A stretch of DNA of 63,943 nucleotides, counting the filler. It is 10 parts of 10 records of this genome, joined end to end, with 100 filler letters (N's around TTAATTAATTAA, not from the genome) between each part and the next. Parts side by side here need not be neighbours in the genome. Positions count along the whole stretch, not along the records: positions 1 to 18,556 come from SRR20825010_1608; 9 more parts are not named here. The stretch is one strand, 5' to 3'. The notes beneath the pieces were generated by a model. The model saw only the letters and a list, made by a program, of their open reading frames with translations, was not told where the DNA came from and made no database searches. The position numbers and the translations under genes were made by a program. This document shows, one piece after another, positions 1 to 10,744 of the stretch. Every line of letters begins with the position of its first letter. Positions within the stretch are counted from its first letter, which is position 1.

Positions 1-1663
1 CGGTGGATGTCCCCGTCTTCACCGCTGTCTGTACAGGCAGGTCGAGCAGCGAATAACGACCGAATTCCAGCGACCGCGCCCATGGGTCGGACAGGATATC
101 GCTGACCATCGTGGCGGCTTGCGGCGTAAAAACCTGTTCGCTCACATCGGGTCGCAGCGGTCTTTCGCGCAGAGCATGCAGCTCGATTGTGCGGCCCTGA
201 TTGGCCAGAGCCGCAAAGCCGCGCACCAGTTCCAGCAACGATACCTCGCCATTGCCAAGCGCCAGTCCGTCGCCGTAAAAGCCCGCGCCGCGCGTTAAGC
301 TATTGAATCCCAAGCGATGTAGCAGATCGAGATAGCGTTCTGGTCCGATGAAATTGACGGCATGGACGGCGGGTATATTGAGCGAGTTTCCGAGCGCCTG
401 CCGGATGGAGACCTCGCCGTAAAACTGTCGGCTGTAATTGTTGAAGCTGTGCATCCCCGTGCCGACCGCTTCGCTCAGCGGTGCGTCTTCAATGCTCTGG
501 CCGGGGGACCAGCCCGCGTCGAATGTTGCAGCATAGAGAAATGGCTTCAGCGCCGATCCGGGTTGGCGGGGCACGCGCACAGCATCAAGGTATCGGCCGG
601 GCGTATCGCCGCCCTTATCCGCACCAGCCACATTCCATGCCAGAATGTCACCATTGCGCCGGTCTATGACCAGCGCGGCGGCATTCTTCACGCGGCGGGA
701 AGCGAGATCAGCGACACGTTGATCGAGCAGATCCTGCGAAAATTGCATCAACCCGCTATCCAAAGTCGTCTGGATACGCTCGGAAAAAAAAGTTTGGTTT
801 TTTTCTGTAATTTGGCCTGCAGCATAAGCTCTGAAATGGCCGATTGAGCTTACCCGCGCAGGTCGTTCGAGTGTCAGTGGTGTTTCGATTATCCGCTCCC
901 ACTCGTCTCCGCTCAGCTGCCCCGCCTCTCGCATGGCACTGGCCAGATGGATGCTCCGGCGCTCCAGCACACGGGCGCCACCGCGATAAGGATCAAGCCC
1001 GGAAGGCGCGCGGGGCAGAATGGCAAGGGTCAGCATCTCGCGCCCGTCCAGCGTTTCGAGGTCGCGGTTGAAATAAAATTTTGCCGCCGCCACCACCCCT
1101 CGCCGGTTGGAGGCATAAGGCACCTGATTGAGGTAGAATTCGAGGATATCCGATTTCGTCGCCACATGTTCGAGGCGCTTGGCGTCAAAACCCTCGATCC
1201 ATTTCGACCAAAGCGTTCTGGGTCGCGGCACAAGCATACGAACCACCTGCTCGGTGATGCTGCTCGCACCGCGCACATTCCGACCGGCCTTCACGCCTTG
1301 CCATACGGCATGGACACGGGCTATCCAGTCGACACTCTTGTGACGGAAAAAACGTTTATCTTCCGCCGTCAGAACAGCCTGTTGCAGGCGTTGCGGAATT
1401 TCATAAAGCGGAACGCGGTCCTGCACGTTCCACTCGCCCGTTTCCTCCGCCAGCGGAGTGCCTTGCCGGTCCAGCAAGATCGGCTTTGAGGCTACAACCT
1501 GCAGTTTCAGGTCCGACAAATCGGCAAGGCTCGCCCACGTCGCCAACGCAAAGGCACCAGCAACGGCTCCACCGCCAAGCAGCACCCAAGGTCGCCACGA
1601 CCAGCGGCGCAACGACACGAAAGGCCATTCGAGTTGATCAACCTGCCAGCGTAGCCAGTTCAT
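1..1663 (-). CDS. pbpC: Penicillin-binding protein 1C (transglycosylase/transpeptidase), 3' end runs off the window
   Basis: Absent from the ORF track because there is no stop in the window; translated by hand from ATG 1663. N-terminal TM segment, EDKRFF and GASSITEQ transglycosylase motifs, RQPGSALKPF (SxxK), NSLN and KTGTS. Lies directly downstream of A2M, the usual A2M-pbpC pairing. Confidence 0.9.
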   Translation of the reverse strand, partial: MNWLRWQVDQLEWPFVSLRRWSWRPWVLLGGGAVAGAFALATWASLADLSDLKLQVVASKPILLDRQGTPLAEETGEWNVQDRVPLYEIPQRLQQAVLTAEDKRFFRHKSVDWIARVHAVWQGVKAGRNVRGASSITEQVVRMLVPRPRTLWSKWIEGFDAKRLEHVATKSDILEFYLNQVPYASNRRGVVAAAKFYFNRDLETLDGREMLTLAILPRAPSGLDPYRGGARVLERRSIHLASAMREAGQLSGDEWERIIETPLTLERPARVSSIGHFRAYAAGQITEKNQTFFSERIQTTLDSGLMQFSQDLLDQRVADLASRRVKNAAALVIDRRNGDILAWNVAGADKGGDTPGRYLDAVRVPRQPGSALKPFLYAATFDAGWSPGQSIEDAPLSEAVGTGMHSFNNYSRQFYGEVSIRQALGNSLNIPAVHAVNFIGPERYLDLLHRLGFNSLTRGAGFYGDGLALGNGEVSLLELVRGFAALANQGRTIELHALRERPLRPDVSEQVFTPQAATMVSDILSDPWARSLEFGRYSLLDLPVQTAVKTGTST

Positions 1664-1669
1664 CGCTGG

Positions 1670-4600
1670 TTACTCCACCACCGTCAAACGACCGGCAGCG
1701 CTATAGCCGAAGACATCAGGATCATACATTTCTTCCGACTTTGTCGCCCGCACCGCAAAGTCACCCGTGGCAATCGCCTGTGCCACATAAGTCAGATGGT
1801 AGTTTCCGGCACCCAGATAGTCGGAATAGAAGCGCACGCTGTCGTCACGCAATTCGCGATGATAAAAGGACCAATAGCCCGCAGCATATTCGATCCAATG
1901 TTCGTATTTCTTGCCCCAGCTTCCTGTCGGCAATTCAAGATCACCTTTGGCAGCGTCAACAACTGAGGTTGTGGCGAGATCACGATTTACAGGCTCGAGC
2001 CCGCCAGGCACCGGATCATTGACGACAACGAAGTTACGCGGAGCCGGCAGCGAGAGATAGAGATCAACCCGCACCAGTTCGCCACGTTTAATCGTGTCTT
2101 TCTCTTTCAGAAGAACACGTTTGCCATCCCGCTCAACACTATACTCGCGGCGCATTTCAATACCGCTATTAACCGGCTCAGTCACTCCGTCCAGCGGCGC
2201 ATAGGAAAGACGGGTGGCATAGTAATAACGCCCCCGCCCTTCCCGTATAAGTGAAACCGTCGCGTCACGTCCCGCATCACCATCAGCAATTTTGTGCCCA
2301 ACAGTTACAGGCACAGACGCGACACTCTCAAAACGCGCTGTACCCATCACTTCTGTGTCGAGCTTCGCTGTAACGGTCACATCCGGTGTTACATTTTCGA
2401 AGGCAGCGGCGTAATCAGCCAAGGCATTGGTGCAGAACATATTCTCCTGCGTATTGCCCCAATAGCCTTCTTGTCTCTGGCTCTGAGAAATACTGCGTAC
2501 GAGCTTGAAGGCAATATCACCAATACGCGATTTATCATCCTGCTTGCGCGCATACGCAGAAAGACCTGAAAGGATTGCGCAATTATCACGTAATGGCGTC
2601 GCCAGAATGCGCTCGTATCCTTCCCCCCTCTCTTCTGAGAAGAAAAACTTGCCTGATGTCTGATTGGAATGAACCAGCAGGAAGTCCGAGAGTTCGCGAG
2701 ACAGGGCCTTGCCTTCAGCACTCTCAATCGAGAGCGCAGCCTGCAGCAACATGGCATTTCCGAAAAGCCCCATTGTCTTGAACTGGGGACGTAAACGTTC
2801 GATATCGCGCACCGTTACGCGCCCCTGCTTGGACAGGGCTGCCAATGTGACTGACCGAACAGATGCCAGCATATTCTTGGAATAATATTCCGGCGCAATA
2901 TCCTTGCGCAGCAAATCTAACAAATAGACCTGCAATTTTTCATCAACCACCTGCGGCGGCTCCTCGCCACGCTCCTTCAGCCAGCTAAATGCGAGCGCTG
3001 TATAAGCGGAGAGATATGGGTCCACCCGATCACTCGTTGCAACCCAGTATGACATACCACCATTAGGAGCCTGAAAATCGGCGGCGCTATCCACCATTGA
3101 TTTGATTGTGGCGGGTGCTTCCATCCATTGCAGTGTTTCTGGCAAATATTCGCGCAATGCTGCAAAGTTTGCGGCCATTACACCTTTGGTCAGCCTTTGC
3201 TCCCAGCAAAGGAAAGGATAGGCAGCTATATACCGAAATGCGGATGCGACATCTGTGACAACGGTCGGACTCAGCGTGACATCAATTGCACCTGCATCGG
3301 TGCGTATCGCATCAGGAATAAAGATGGAAGTAGAGACCTCAACCGCATCCGAAGTGCCATATGATGAAGCAGAGACAAGATCAATGTGCTTTCCAACCGG
3401 CAAGGAGAAGAGGAATGCATCCTTGTCGATTTCATCTCCCGCAATAACTTTAAAGCCAATTTTTCCGAGCTGCTGATCGCGAGACATTGCAATCTGTCCA
3501 GCTTTCAACGGCAGAAAAACGGTAGCGCGCGCGAATGGCTCCAGCTTAATAGTTTGCTTGAGCTTGCTTGCATCAGCGACTTTCTCAACATCACCTTCCG
3601 CCGTTATTTGCACTTCAACCTGGCGGGGTTTGTCTGTCCGGTTCATCACGCTGAAGCCGGCGGAAAATGCATCACCCTCCAAAACCTGATTTGGCATGAC
3701 CGGCCGAATTTCCGTTGGACGGTTGACTTTGAATTCGCCAAGACCGAGCCCAGCCTTCTCTGATGGTGTCACAGCCATCGCCAGCACTTGCCATCCGGTC
3801 AGATTGTCGGGAACAACAAAATCGAACTTGGCATTGCCATCAGTGTCCGCTCGCAATGACGGGTTCCAATAAGCAACGAACTTCGAGACATCACGAAATT
3901 TGAAATCGGCACCGCCATCGCCACCTGGATTTGCACCCTTCTTCTCGAATTTTTGTTGTCCGACCAATTTTAGGAGAAGGTTATAATTCCGCACGTCCAG
4001 ACCATCCAAACGATAGAAGCCCTGGTAGGGATCGAAATAGGCTTTGCCGCCCGAGATCAGATCAAAAACGGCCTGATCCAAAACGGCTACCGCGAACTCC
4101 AACGGCGCATTCACAACACCGTGGCGCGGTGCAGCATGGAGCGCCACATTTACTGTATCGCCAGGTCGGTACTCGTCGCGCTCTGCTTTTGCGGTGATTG
4201 CCAGTTCATTATATGGATCAACAACGGGCACGGAGACATAGCCCATTCGAAATGCAGGCTTTCCGAGATCAATCATATTGGCATCAAGTGGCTTGTCGAC
4301 GCGCGGGCTCATCAAAACGATAGAGACATAGAACCCGGGCGCGTATTCCGGCTTCACCGGAAATTCGACGATGGGCGTGGACGTGTCGAAGGTCTGGACG
4401 AAGTGATCGATGACGCCATAGCGTTCGATAGTGACCAGAGCCTTTGCTTTTGGAAATGGGTTTTTGACCAAATAGCGGGCCGTATCGCCTACCTTATAGG
4501 ATGGCTTTTCCGGAAAAACTTTCAAAGCGGTGTCTGGATCGCTCTCCCAAAGAACAACATTCGGGCCTGTTACCCAGAATTCACTCGATGCCGTATGAGT

Positions 4601-7600
4601 TTTGCCCGCGCTTCCTTCAACGCTGGCAGTGATACGGTACTCCCCCGCGGCATCTGGTGTGAAGTTGCAAGTCTCTGGTTTACCTAACGGCTTGCCTTCG
4701 CAAGTGCCGCTTGCCTCCCAAGTCTCCTCATAGACGGTTTGATAGACGTTACCTGCCGATTTAACGCGCGCAGCGGTGACCTTCTTGCGTTCTACCTTTA
4801 GTTTTACATCAGAATCGTCAGTTGGCTGTCCCTTGGGATCAACTATTATGTATTCAAAGGCAGCCGGTTTACGCGCCTGAAAAATCCAGGCGGTGGATTT
4901 CAATCCGACGAACCTGTCTGTGGCTGCAAAAATAGCATTGGTGGCATTCGCAATGTTCTTTCCACGATCATCGCTGACTGCCACTTCGAATGTGAGGGAA
5001 CCGAAAACATTCTCTCCCTGATCCGAAATGGAAATTTCAGATTTTGCCATTCCATTCTTATCCAGCGGAATTTCGTTCTGCGCGATCATGCTCTGACCGT
5101 TATCACTCCTCGCGTCGGTGCGGGAGAAATCGAAAGCCGATGCGACAGGATGCGTCGAATGCATAGCTTGCGGATTAAACATGGCAGTCACACGGGCTTT
5201 GGCATTTGTATATGGCCCGCCCGCATGCAGCGTAGCTTTGCCCTCAACCTTAACCGTGCTTTCGGCACCAAAAACATCGCCGTCGATAGAGGTCGTCACA
5301 CGGAACGAGGCCGGGGTGAAATCGCTGACCAATACCTGCATGGGTTTCCAAGCGTACCAATTGCCATTTCCGATACTTCCTTCTTCAGTTGAATAGTCCT
5401 CAACCTCGTCATCTGAAGGATGCAGCTGTTGCAACAACCTAAATCGGTACCAGCCGACCGCGCCGTTCTTTGAAATCTTAAACTCGCCTGACGTGGCACC
5501 AAATTCGTTGGGCGCTACATTCCGGATTTCGTTGACCGGTTTTCCCGTCGGGTCAATTAATTGAACCCGATATTCACCAGCTGGTGCGGCGACGAGTTTC
5601 TTGTTGTCCTGTCCTCGCACATAAATCTTATACTGGATCGTATCACCGGCACGATAAACACCCTGAGCGGTAGTGCCCCAGACACGCATGTGTTCCTGCG
5701 CTGACTGGTCGTTAGGCCAAATTTGCTCACCAGACGCTCGATAGGTGTCGACTTCGAACTGATAAAAGACAGGAAGAATTGCAAGATCGTCATTCTTTTC
5801 GACGCGGACCGTCAGCGCTCTATCACATGGCGATTCCCAGTAGCCCGCTTCCCGTGGCTGACCGGGCAATGTGGCAAGTCCACCGGCGTCGGTAAATGCG
5901 AATGCCTCTTCAACGAGACGCGACTTGAGTTTCGCAACATTATTTCCACACAGTGAGCCCAGCAAATCGGGATTACGCTGGAAGGATACGCGCGCACCTT
6001 CTACTGGTGTACCTGTCGCAAGGTCGGTTACCCAAACCATGGAATTATAATGCGCAATTTTCGTATGAACCGAGAATGGCGTCACCTGCGCGAAGACCGT
6101 TTCCGATTTTTTGCGCGTCACAGGTGTTGTCGTCAGCTGTCCAAGAATTACACCGGAACGACCTTCAAGCATCTCACGCACACCGAACGGAACTGCATAT
6201 TGAAGATTACGGATAGGGTCGAGTTTGCGATGATCGTTCAACCCATTTTGAACACCGCTCGTTGTTAGGCGCGAGAACTTGAAATCTCGCGACACAAGAT
6301 TGTTCACATAGAGCGGGATATCGCTTTCGATTTCTTTTTCCAAAACTGCAATTTCATTCGGCAGCTCGAAGTTCGGTGGCCGATTGTCCATCCGCCAGTT
6401 GAGAGCAAACTCACCTTCCAGTGGACGCCCGAATAGATCTTTGATCTCTCCGCTATCTGGCTTCAGCCCCAGTTTATAATCACGGTCAGAACGCAAATAA
6501 ACGGGAAAACGCGCCGTATATTCTTCGCCCTTCGTATGTCCCTTCCAATCATAGAAATTCTCGGTCTGCTCCGGGTCAATTCCATCCCATGCTGTGCTAT
6601 CCGGTGACGGTTTGCCCAAAGGCGGGCTCAATTCCACGTGATCACGAATCTGACCGAGAGGGATCGGTGCGGAAAAGAGAAGTCGAACAAGGTTCCAGGG
6701 ACCACATGGCTCGGCCTTTTCGTCGCCCGGACGCACTACAATTGTTGAACCGTCATTTGCCTGACAGCGCATGCCAAGAAATTTAAATTCCCCAAAAGTA
6801 GAGAATGACTTAACTGTCTGATCAGCGATACTTGGCTCGTCACCAAGGCCGGAAACAAGCCCCGGCTGCATAACGAGTTTGACATTAGTGCCTACGGGCA
6901 GAGCAGCAGATGGCGTCACGCGCCATGCCCGGCGCGCCCATTCCTGCGGCGCTGGCTCGTCATCAGCGCGAAACCATGGAATATATGCGAGCAACCGTTT
7001 GAAAAAACCTTTCAGTCCAGATTCGCGCTGCACAATCACTAATGCATCATCGGGAGCAACCGACCAATCCGGCCCTTCGCTCACCGAGACTCCTTGCTTT
7101 CCGCCACCATTCTCGAACCAGACAAACGACAGCACCCGCACAACGCTGTCACGGCGCACGGGTTGATTGAATGTCACCAACAGCGTTGGTGTGGTAGGAC
7201 CTGACCAACCATTGAAAGTCGAACGATCAAGCCGCACACGCGAGGTAACAAACTCATGCTCGACCAGGCCATCGAGGGTTGTTCCATCGAGCGCGACAAT
7301 GCCGGGCTTTACGGTCATGTGATAGCGTGTCGAGGCCTTTAGCGCGTCATCCTCTTTCATCTGGCACGCCAAGGCGCGTTCATTCAACCAACGCCATTCA
7401 CAATTCAGGTCAGGAGAAAGCGTGACCGGCACTTCATCCGAAGTCCGCTCCATTCGGCCTAACGGCACGACAGCGCGATCAAACTCGATGACGAGTTGGC
7501 GGGCAGCGGGCACGTCATCGCCGGTCGGGGTGATCCGCGCTATGCTGAGCGACCCCTCTTCAGCATGCAGTGGTGTTGTGGACAACGCCACCGCCGCCAG

Positions 7601-7654
7601 AATAACAAAGAGGCTTGTGGCAAAAACAATGCGATTGAGGGCGATCATGGCCAT
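1670..7654 (-). CDS. Bacterial alpha-2-macroglobulin family protein (1994 aa)
   Basis: Size; MG-domain motifs (YRAGDTIQYK, PDNLTGW, DPVPGGLEPVN, ELRDDSVRFY); thioester motif YPFLCWEQ; adjacent pbpC. Confidence 0.95.
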   Translation of the reverse strand: MAMIALNRIVFATSLFVILAAVALSTTPLHAEEGSLSIARITPTGDDVPAARQLVIEFDRAVVPLGRMERTSDEVPVTLSPDLNCEWRWLNERALACQMKEDDALKASTRYHMTVKPGIVALDGTTLDGLVEHEFVTSRVRLDRSTFNGWSGPTTPTLLVTFNQPVRRDSVVRVLSFVWFENGGGKQGVSVSEGPDWSVAPDDALVIVQRESGLKGFFKRLLAYIPWFRADDEPAPQEWARRAWRVTPSAALPVGTNVKLVMQPGLVSGLGDEPSIADQTVKSFSTFGEFKFLGMRCQANDGSTIVVRPGDEKAEPCGPWNLVRLLFSAPIPLGQIRDHVELSPPLGKPSPDSTAWDGIDPEQTENFYDWKGHTKGEEYTARFPVYLRSDRDYKLGLKPDSGEIKDLFGRPLEGEFALNWRMDNRPPNFELPNEIAVLEKEIESDIPLYVNNLVSRDFKFSRLTTSGVQNGLNDHRKLDPIRNLQYAVPFGVREMLEGRSGVILGQLTTTPVTRKKSETVFAQVTPFSVHTKIAHYNSMVWVTDLATGTPVEGARVSFQRNPDLLGSLCGNNVAKLKSRLVEEAFAFTDAGGLATLPGQPREAGYWESPCDRALTVRVEKNDDLAILPVFYQFEVDTYRASGEQIWPNDQSAQEHMRVWGTTAQGVYRAGDTIQYKIYVRGQDNKKLVAAPAGEYRVQLIDPTGKPVNEIRNVAPNEFGATSGEFKISKNGAVGWYRFRLLQQLHPSDDEVEDYSTEEGSIGNGNWYAWKPMQVLVSDFTPASFRVTTSIDGDVFGAESTVKVEGKATLHAGGPYTNAKARVTAMFNPQAMHSTHPVASAFDFSRTDARSDNGQSMIAQNEIPLDKNGMAKSEISISDQGENVFGSLTFEVAVSDDRGKNIANATNAIFAATDRFVGLKSTAWIFQARKPAAFEYIIVDPKGQPTDDSDVKLKVERKKVTAARVKSAGNVYQTVYEETWEASGTCEGKPLGKPETCNFTPDAAGEYRITASVEGSAGKTHTASSEFWVTGPNVVLWESDPDTALKVFPEKPSYKVGDTARYLVKNPFPKAKALVTIERYGVIDHFVQTFDTSTPIVEFPVKPEYAPGFYVSIVLMSPRVDKPLDANMIDLGKPAFRMGYVSVPVVDPYNELAITAKAERDEYRPGDTVNVALHAAPRHGVVNAPLEFAVAVLDQAVFDLISGGKAYFDPYQGFYRLDGLDVRNYNLLLKLVGQQKFEKKGANPGGDGGADFKFRDVSKFVAYWNPSLRADTDGNAKFDFVVPDNLTGWQVLAMAVTPSEKAGLGLGEFKVNRPTEIRPVMPNQVLEGDAFSAGFSVMNRTDKPRQVEVQITAEGDVEKVADASKLKQTIKLEPFARATVFLPLKAGQIAMSRDQQLGKIGFKVIAGDEIDKDAFLFSLPVGKHIDLVSASSYGTSDAVEVSTSIFIPDAIRTDAGAIDVTLSPTVVTDVASAFRYIAAYPFLCWEQRLTKGVMAANFAALREYLPETLQWMEAPATIKSMVDSAADFQAPNGGMSYWVATSDRVDPYLSAYTALAFSWLKERGEEPPQVVDEKLQVYLLDLLRKDIAPEYYSKNMLASVRSVTLAALSKQGRVTVRDIERLRPQFKTMGLFGNAMLLQAALSIESAEGKALSRELSDFLLVHSNQTSGKFFFSEERGEGYERILATPLRDNCAILSGLSAYARKQDDKSRIGDIAFKLVRSISQSQRQEGYWGNTQENMFCTNALADYAAAFENVTPDVTVTAKLDTEVMGTARFESVASVPVTVGHKIADGDAGRDATVSLIREGRGRYYYATRLSYAPLDGVTEPVNSGIEMRREYSVERDGKRVLLKEKDTIKRGELVRVDLYLSLPAPRNFVVVNDPVPGGLEPVNRDLATTSVVDAAKGDLELPTGSWGKKYEHWIEYAAGYWSFYHRELRDDSVRFYSDYLGAGNYHLTYVAQAIATGDFAVRATKSEEMYDPDVFGYSAAGRLTVVE

Positions 7655-7832
7655 GGATTTCCCGGCTGTCGGTGTCTGGATAGCCGATCATAACAGTTGC
7701 GCAATCACATGACAGGGCACAACTCGGTATCGGATAGCCAAACTTACGCCTGATCAAATGGCAATAATATGGCGCAAACGAATGAATCCAGAAATTCCTC
7801 CGCTCCCGCTGCAACGAAAACCTATATCTGGG

Positions 7833-8882
7833 TCAGCCGCCAATCCACCCAAGCGCACGCTTGAACAATCCGATAGTGGAAGCATGCAACATATCGCCCG
7901 TTTCTTTCGGCGCATTGCCTGCGGCGGCGCGGGCATTTGTGCCTTCAAGAATGATTCCAAGCTTGTAACAGGCCAGCACAGCATACCAGTCGATGGCGCT
8001 CATATCGCGTGTGCTGCCCTCGGCATAGCGGGAGACAAGCTCTTTTGCAGTCGGAAACCCCTGCCAAGGCTGGATGCCGACCGAGCCAGTCGTGCGCGAA
8101 CCATCTTCATCCGGCCAAGTAGCCATGAGCCAGCCCAGATCAAGAAGCGGATCGCCTATTGTAGTCAGTTCCCAATCAACAATAGCCGCAAGCCGACCAC
8201 TATCACGGCAATACATCACATTGGCGAGATGATAGTCGCCATGAATAATGCCGGGGGCAAAAGATACCGGCCGATTTGCATCCAGCCACTCGGCAACACG
8301 ATCAACACCGGGTATGTCCCGCGCGCCGGTCCAGCCTTCATACTCCGCGTAGCTTTCCAGCTGACCGCGCCAGCGGGCCACTTGCCGAGCCAGAAAGTTA
8401 TCCGGCTTTCCAAAGTCTGCCAGCCCCACAGCCACATGATCCACGCGTCCCAGCGCAGCAGCACCGTCGGCAATTGACAATCCCATCTCACGTCGTACCG
8501 CAGCATCACCTGCATGAAGAGGAGGCAATCCCACTGTCGCATTGAACCCGTCAATCGGCGCCATAAGGTAGAAAGCTGCCCCGAGCACATCTTCCGCGGG
8601 GCAGGCGGCGATCAAGGCGGGATGTGGAACATCACTGCCGGCCAGAGCGGCCAACACACGGGCCTCGCGACGCATTGTCTCGCTGCCATTCATATGAGGA
8701 CGGTGTGGAGGACGCCGCAGAACAAATTCACGTCCGCCTCGGCTGAACTTCAAAAGAATATTCTGGGTGCCGCCAGTCAGCGGAACAATATCTTCCAGCG
8801 GACCAGCCTCTATCCCCTGATCGTCCATCCAGCCTTCCAGCTTTTTCAGATCGACCAGATCAGCCCAGTTTTCTTTCGACAT
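7833..8882 (-). CDS. Aminoglycoside-phosphotransferase-like (ACAD10/11-type) phosphotransferase
   Basis: VLRRPP, HGDYHLAN and DWEL..GDPL.DLGW motifs; near an acyl-CoA dehydrogenase. Confidence 0.9.
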   Translation of the reverse strand: MSKENWADLVDLKKLEGWMDDQGIEAGPLEDIVPLTGGTQNILLKFSRGGREFVLRRPPHRPHMNGSETMRREARVLAALAGSDVPHPALIAACPAEDVLGAAFYLMAPIDGFNATVGLPPLHAGDAAVRREMGLSIADGAAALGRVDHVAVGLADFGKPDNFLARQVARWRGQLESYAEYEGWTGARDIPGVDRVAEWLDANRPVSFAPGIIHGDYHLANVMYCRDSGRLAAIVDWELTTIGDPLLDLGWLMATWPDEDGSRTTGSVGIQPWQGFPTAKELVSRYAEGSTRDMSAIDWYAVLACYKLGIILEGTNARAAAGNAPKETGDMLHASTIGLFKRALGWIGG

Positions 8883-8899
8883 CGCGTGTTACTTTCCGT

Positions 8900-9937
8900 T
8901 TACGGAACCATGACGGTCTTCAGAGCACCTTTCTGGCGTGCATCAAAGAGCCGATAAGCTTCAGCTCCCTCTGAAAGACTCATTTCATGCGTGATGAATT
9001 GCTCCGGTTTCAACCGACCGCTCTGGATCAAAGGGACCAGATCCGGCCAATGTGACTGGACTGAGCAGGTGCCGATGTGAAAAGTCAAACCCTTCATAAA
9101 AGCCAGCCCCATTGGAAAGGCGAAATCGCGCGTCTGGTTGACGCCGATGGCAGAGACATGTCCGCGCTTACCAGCAAGCATTAGGGCCATTTTGATGGTC
9201 GCATCGGCACCGACCGCCTCAACAACGCAATCAAGCCCCTTTTTGCTTGTTGCCTCGCCAATGACCTCCAGAGCACTCGCGCCATCAACTGGAATCGCGC
9301 CAAGTTTTGCAGCGATGGCCCGACGCTCCGCCACGAGATCAATGGCATAGACCTCCGAGGCGCCTAAAACGAATGCACTTTCCACTGCCATAAGACCAAT
9401 TGGGCCGAGCCCGACAACACCGACCCGCGAACCGGGTTGAATGTTTGCATTGACACAACCGAACCATGCGGTCGGCAAATTGTCTGTCAACATTAGTGCC
9501 TGATCGACGCTGATGCCGTCTGGAATCAGATGCGCATTGAAATCCGCCATCGGCACTCTGATACCTTCCGCTTGGCATCCTTCCAACCGGTGGCTCAGCC
9601 CATAACATCCTGCTCCACCTGTCTCGCACTGATTGACGTTTCCCGCCAAACATGAGGAGCAGTTGCCGCATCCGACAGCAGCAGATAGCATTACCTTGTC
9701 GCCGGTTTTCAATCGTCGGACGCCACGGCCGATCTCCACCACCTCGCCGACAGCCTCGTGGCCGACGCAAAAACCTAGGTCAGGGCTGAAGCCCTCACCA
9801 TGATAGATGTGCAAATCGCTCCCGCAGATGCCGCATTTGTCCATCTTGATGACCGCATCTGTATCCGCTGCCAGTTTCGGATCGTCGAAGCGCTCGTAAC
9901 GAATGTCTCTGGCACCTTGATAGAGAAGTGCTTTCAT
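8900..9937 (-). CDS. Zn-dependent alcohol dehydrogenase (MDR family)
   Basis: CGSDLH, GHE, structural Zn CxxCxxC...C and GLGPIG motifs. Confidence 0.92.
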   Translation of the reverse strand: MKALLYQGARDIRYERFDDPKLAADTDAVIKMDKCGICGSDLHIYHGEGFSPDLGFCVGHEAVGEVVEIGRGVRRLKTGDKVMLSAAVGCGNCSSCLAGNVNQCETGGAGCYGLSHRLEGCQAEGIRVPMADFNAHLIPDGISVDQALMLTDNLPTAWFGCVNANIQPGSRVGVVGLGPIGLMAVESAFVLGASEVYAIDLVAERRAIAAKLGAIPVDGASALEVIGEATSKKGLDCVVEAVGADATIKMALMLAGKRGHVSAIGVNQTRDFAFPMGLAFMKGLTFHIGTCSVQSHWPDLVPLIQSGRLKPEQFITHEMSLSEGAEAYRLFDARQKGALKTVMVP

Positions 9938-9953
9938 GGTCAGCCTCCCAAAA

Positions 9954-10724
9954 TTAGGCGTTGCGGGCCATCAGGCCACCATCAACAGGAATTGTGACGC
10001 CGGTAATATATGATGCTGCCGGCATGCAAAGACTGACCGTGATATGCGCCACTTCTTCAGGGAGTCCATAGCGCCCCATGGCGGTGCGGCGCTTGGCATA
10101 TTTCTGTTTTGCCTCATCGGGAATAGCTTCGGTCATTCCGGTTGCGATCGGTCCAGGGCAGATGCAATTGACGGTAATACCTTCCCGTCCAAGTTCGACA
10201 GCCAATGCGCGCGTCAGACCCGTGACACCCGCCTTCGCCGCTGCATAGACGCTGTCCATAGCCGTTGCACCCAATGCCTCAGTGGAAGCGATATTGACGA
10301 TACGTGGGCTTTTAGATTTTCGCAGATGCGGAAGAACCGCCCGGATCATACGCTGCTGTGCTGTGAGCAGGACCGGCACAAGCCGGTCCCAAACATCATC
10401 GTATTTCGGATCGTCGATCGGCACAAAACCCGAAATACCCGCATTATTGACCAAAGCGTCTACGCCACCAAACTCCGCAACCATCGCATCAACAACCGAA
10501 GCGATCTCGCTCTTGTCAGATACGTCGAGCCGCCACGCCCTCGCCTGACCGCCCTTGCTTCGTATGGCTTCGGCAACTGCTTGGGCACCTTCATGTGAAA
10601 AATCGGTCACAGCGACTTTGGCACCTTCGCTTGCAAATATTTCGGCTGTTGCCCGTCCCATGCCACTGGCAGCACCAGTGACCAGAACATTCAGCCCACT
10701 TAACGAACGTGACTGATCGCCCAT
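9954..10724 (-). CDS. SDR family oxidoreductase
   Basis: [12 protein letters not shown] and YAAAK motifs. Confidence 0.92.
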   Translation of the reverse strand: MGDQSRSLSGLNVLVTGAASGMGRATAEIFASEGAKVAVTDFSHEGAQAVAEAIRSKGGQARAWRLDVSDKSEIASVVDAMVAEFGGVDALVNNAGISGFVPIDDPKYDDVWDRLVPVLLTAQQRMIRAVLPHLRKSKSPRIVNIASTEALGATAMDSVYAAAKAGVTGLTRALAVELGREGITVNCICPGPIATGMTEAIPDEAKQKYAKRRTAMGRYGLPEEVAHITVSLCMPAASYITGVTIPVDGGLMARNA

Positions 10725-10744
10725 ATCAAACCCCTCCTCTAGTG

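Noticed and set aside
362-1489. + strand ORFs at the window start
   Set aside because: Shadows of pbpC on the minus strand, which the ORF track missed.
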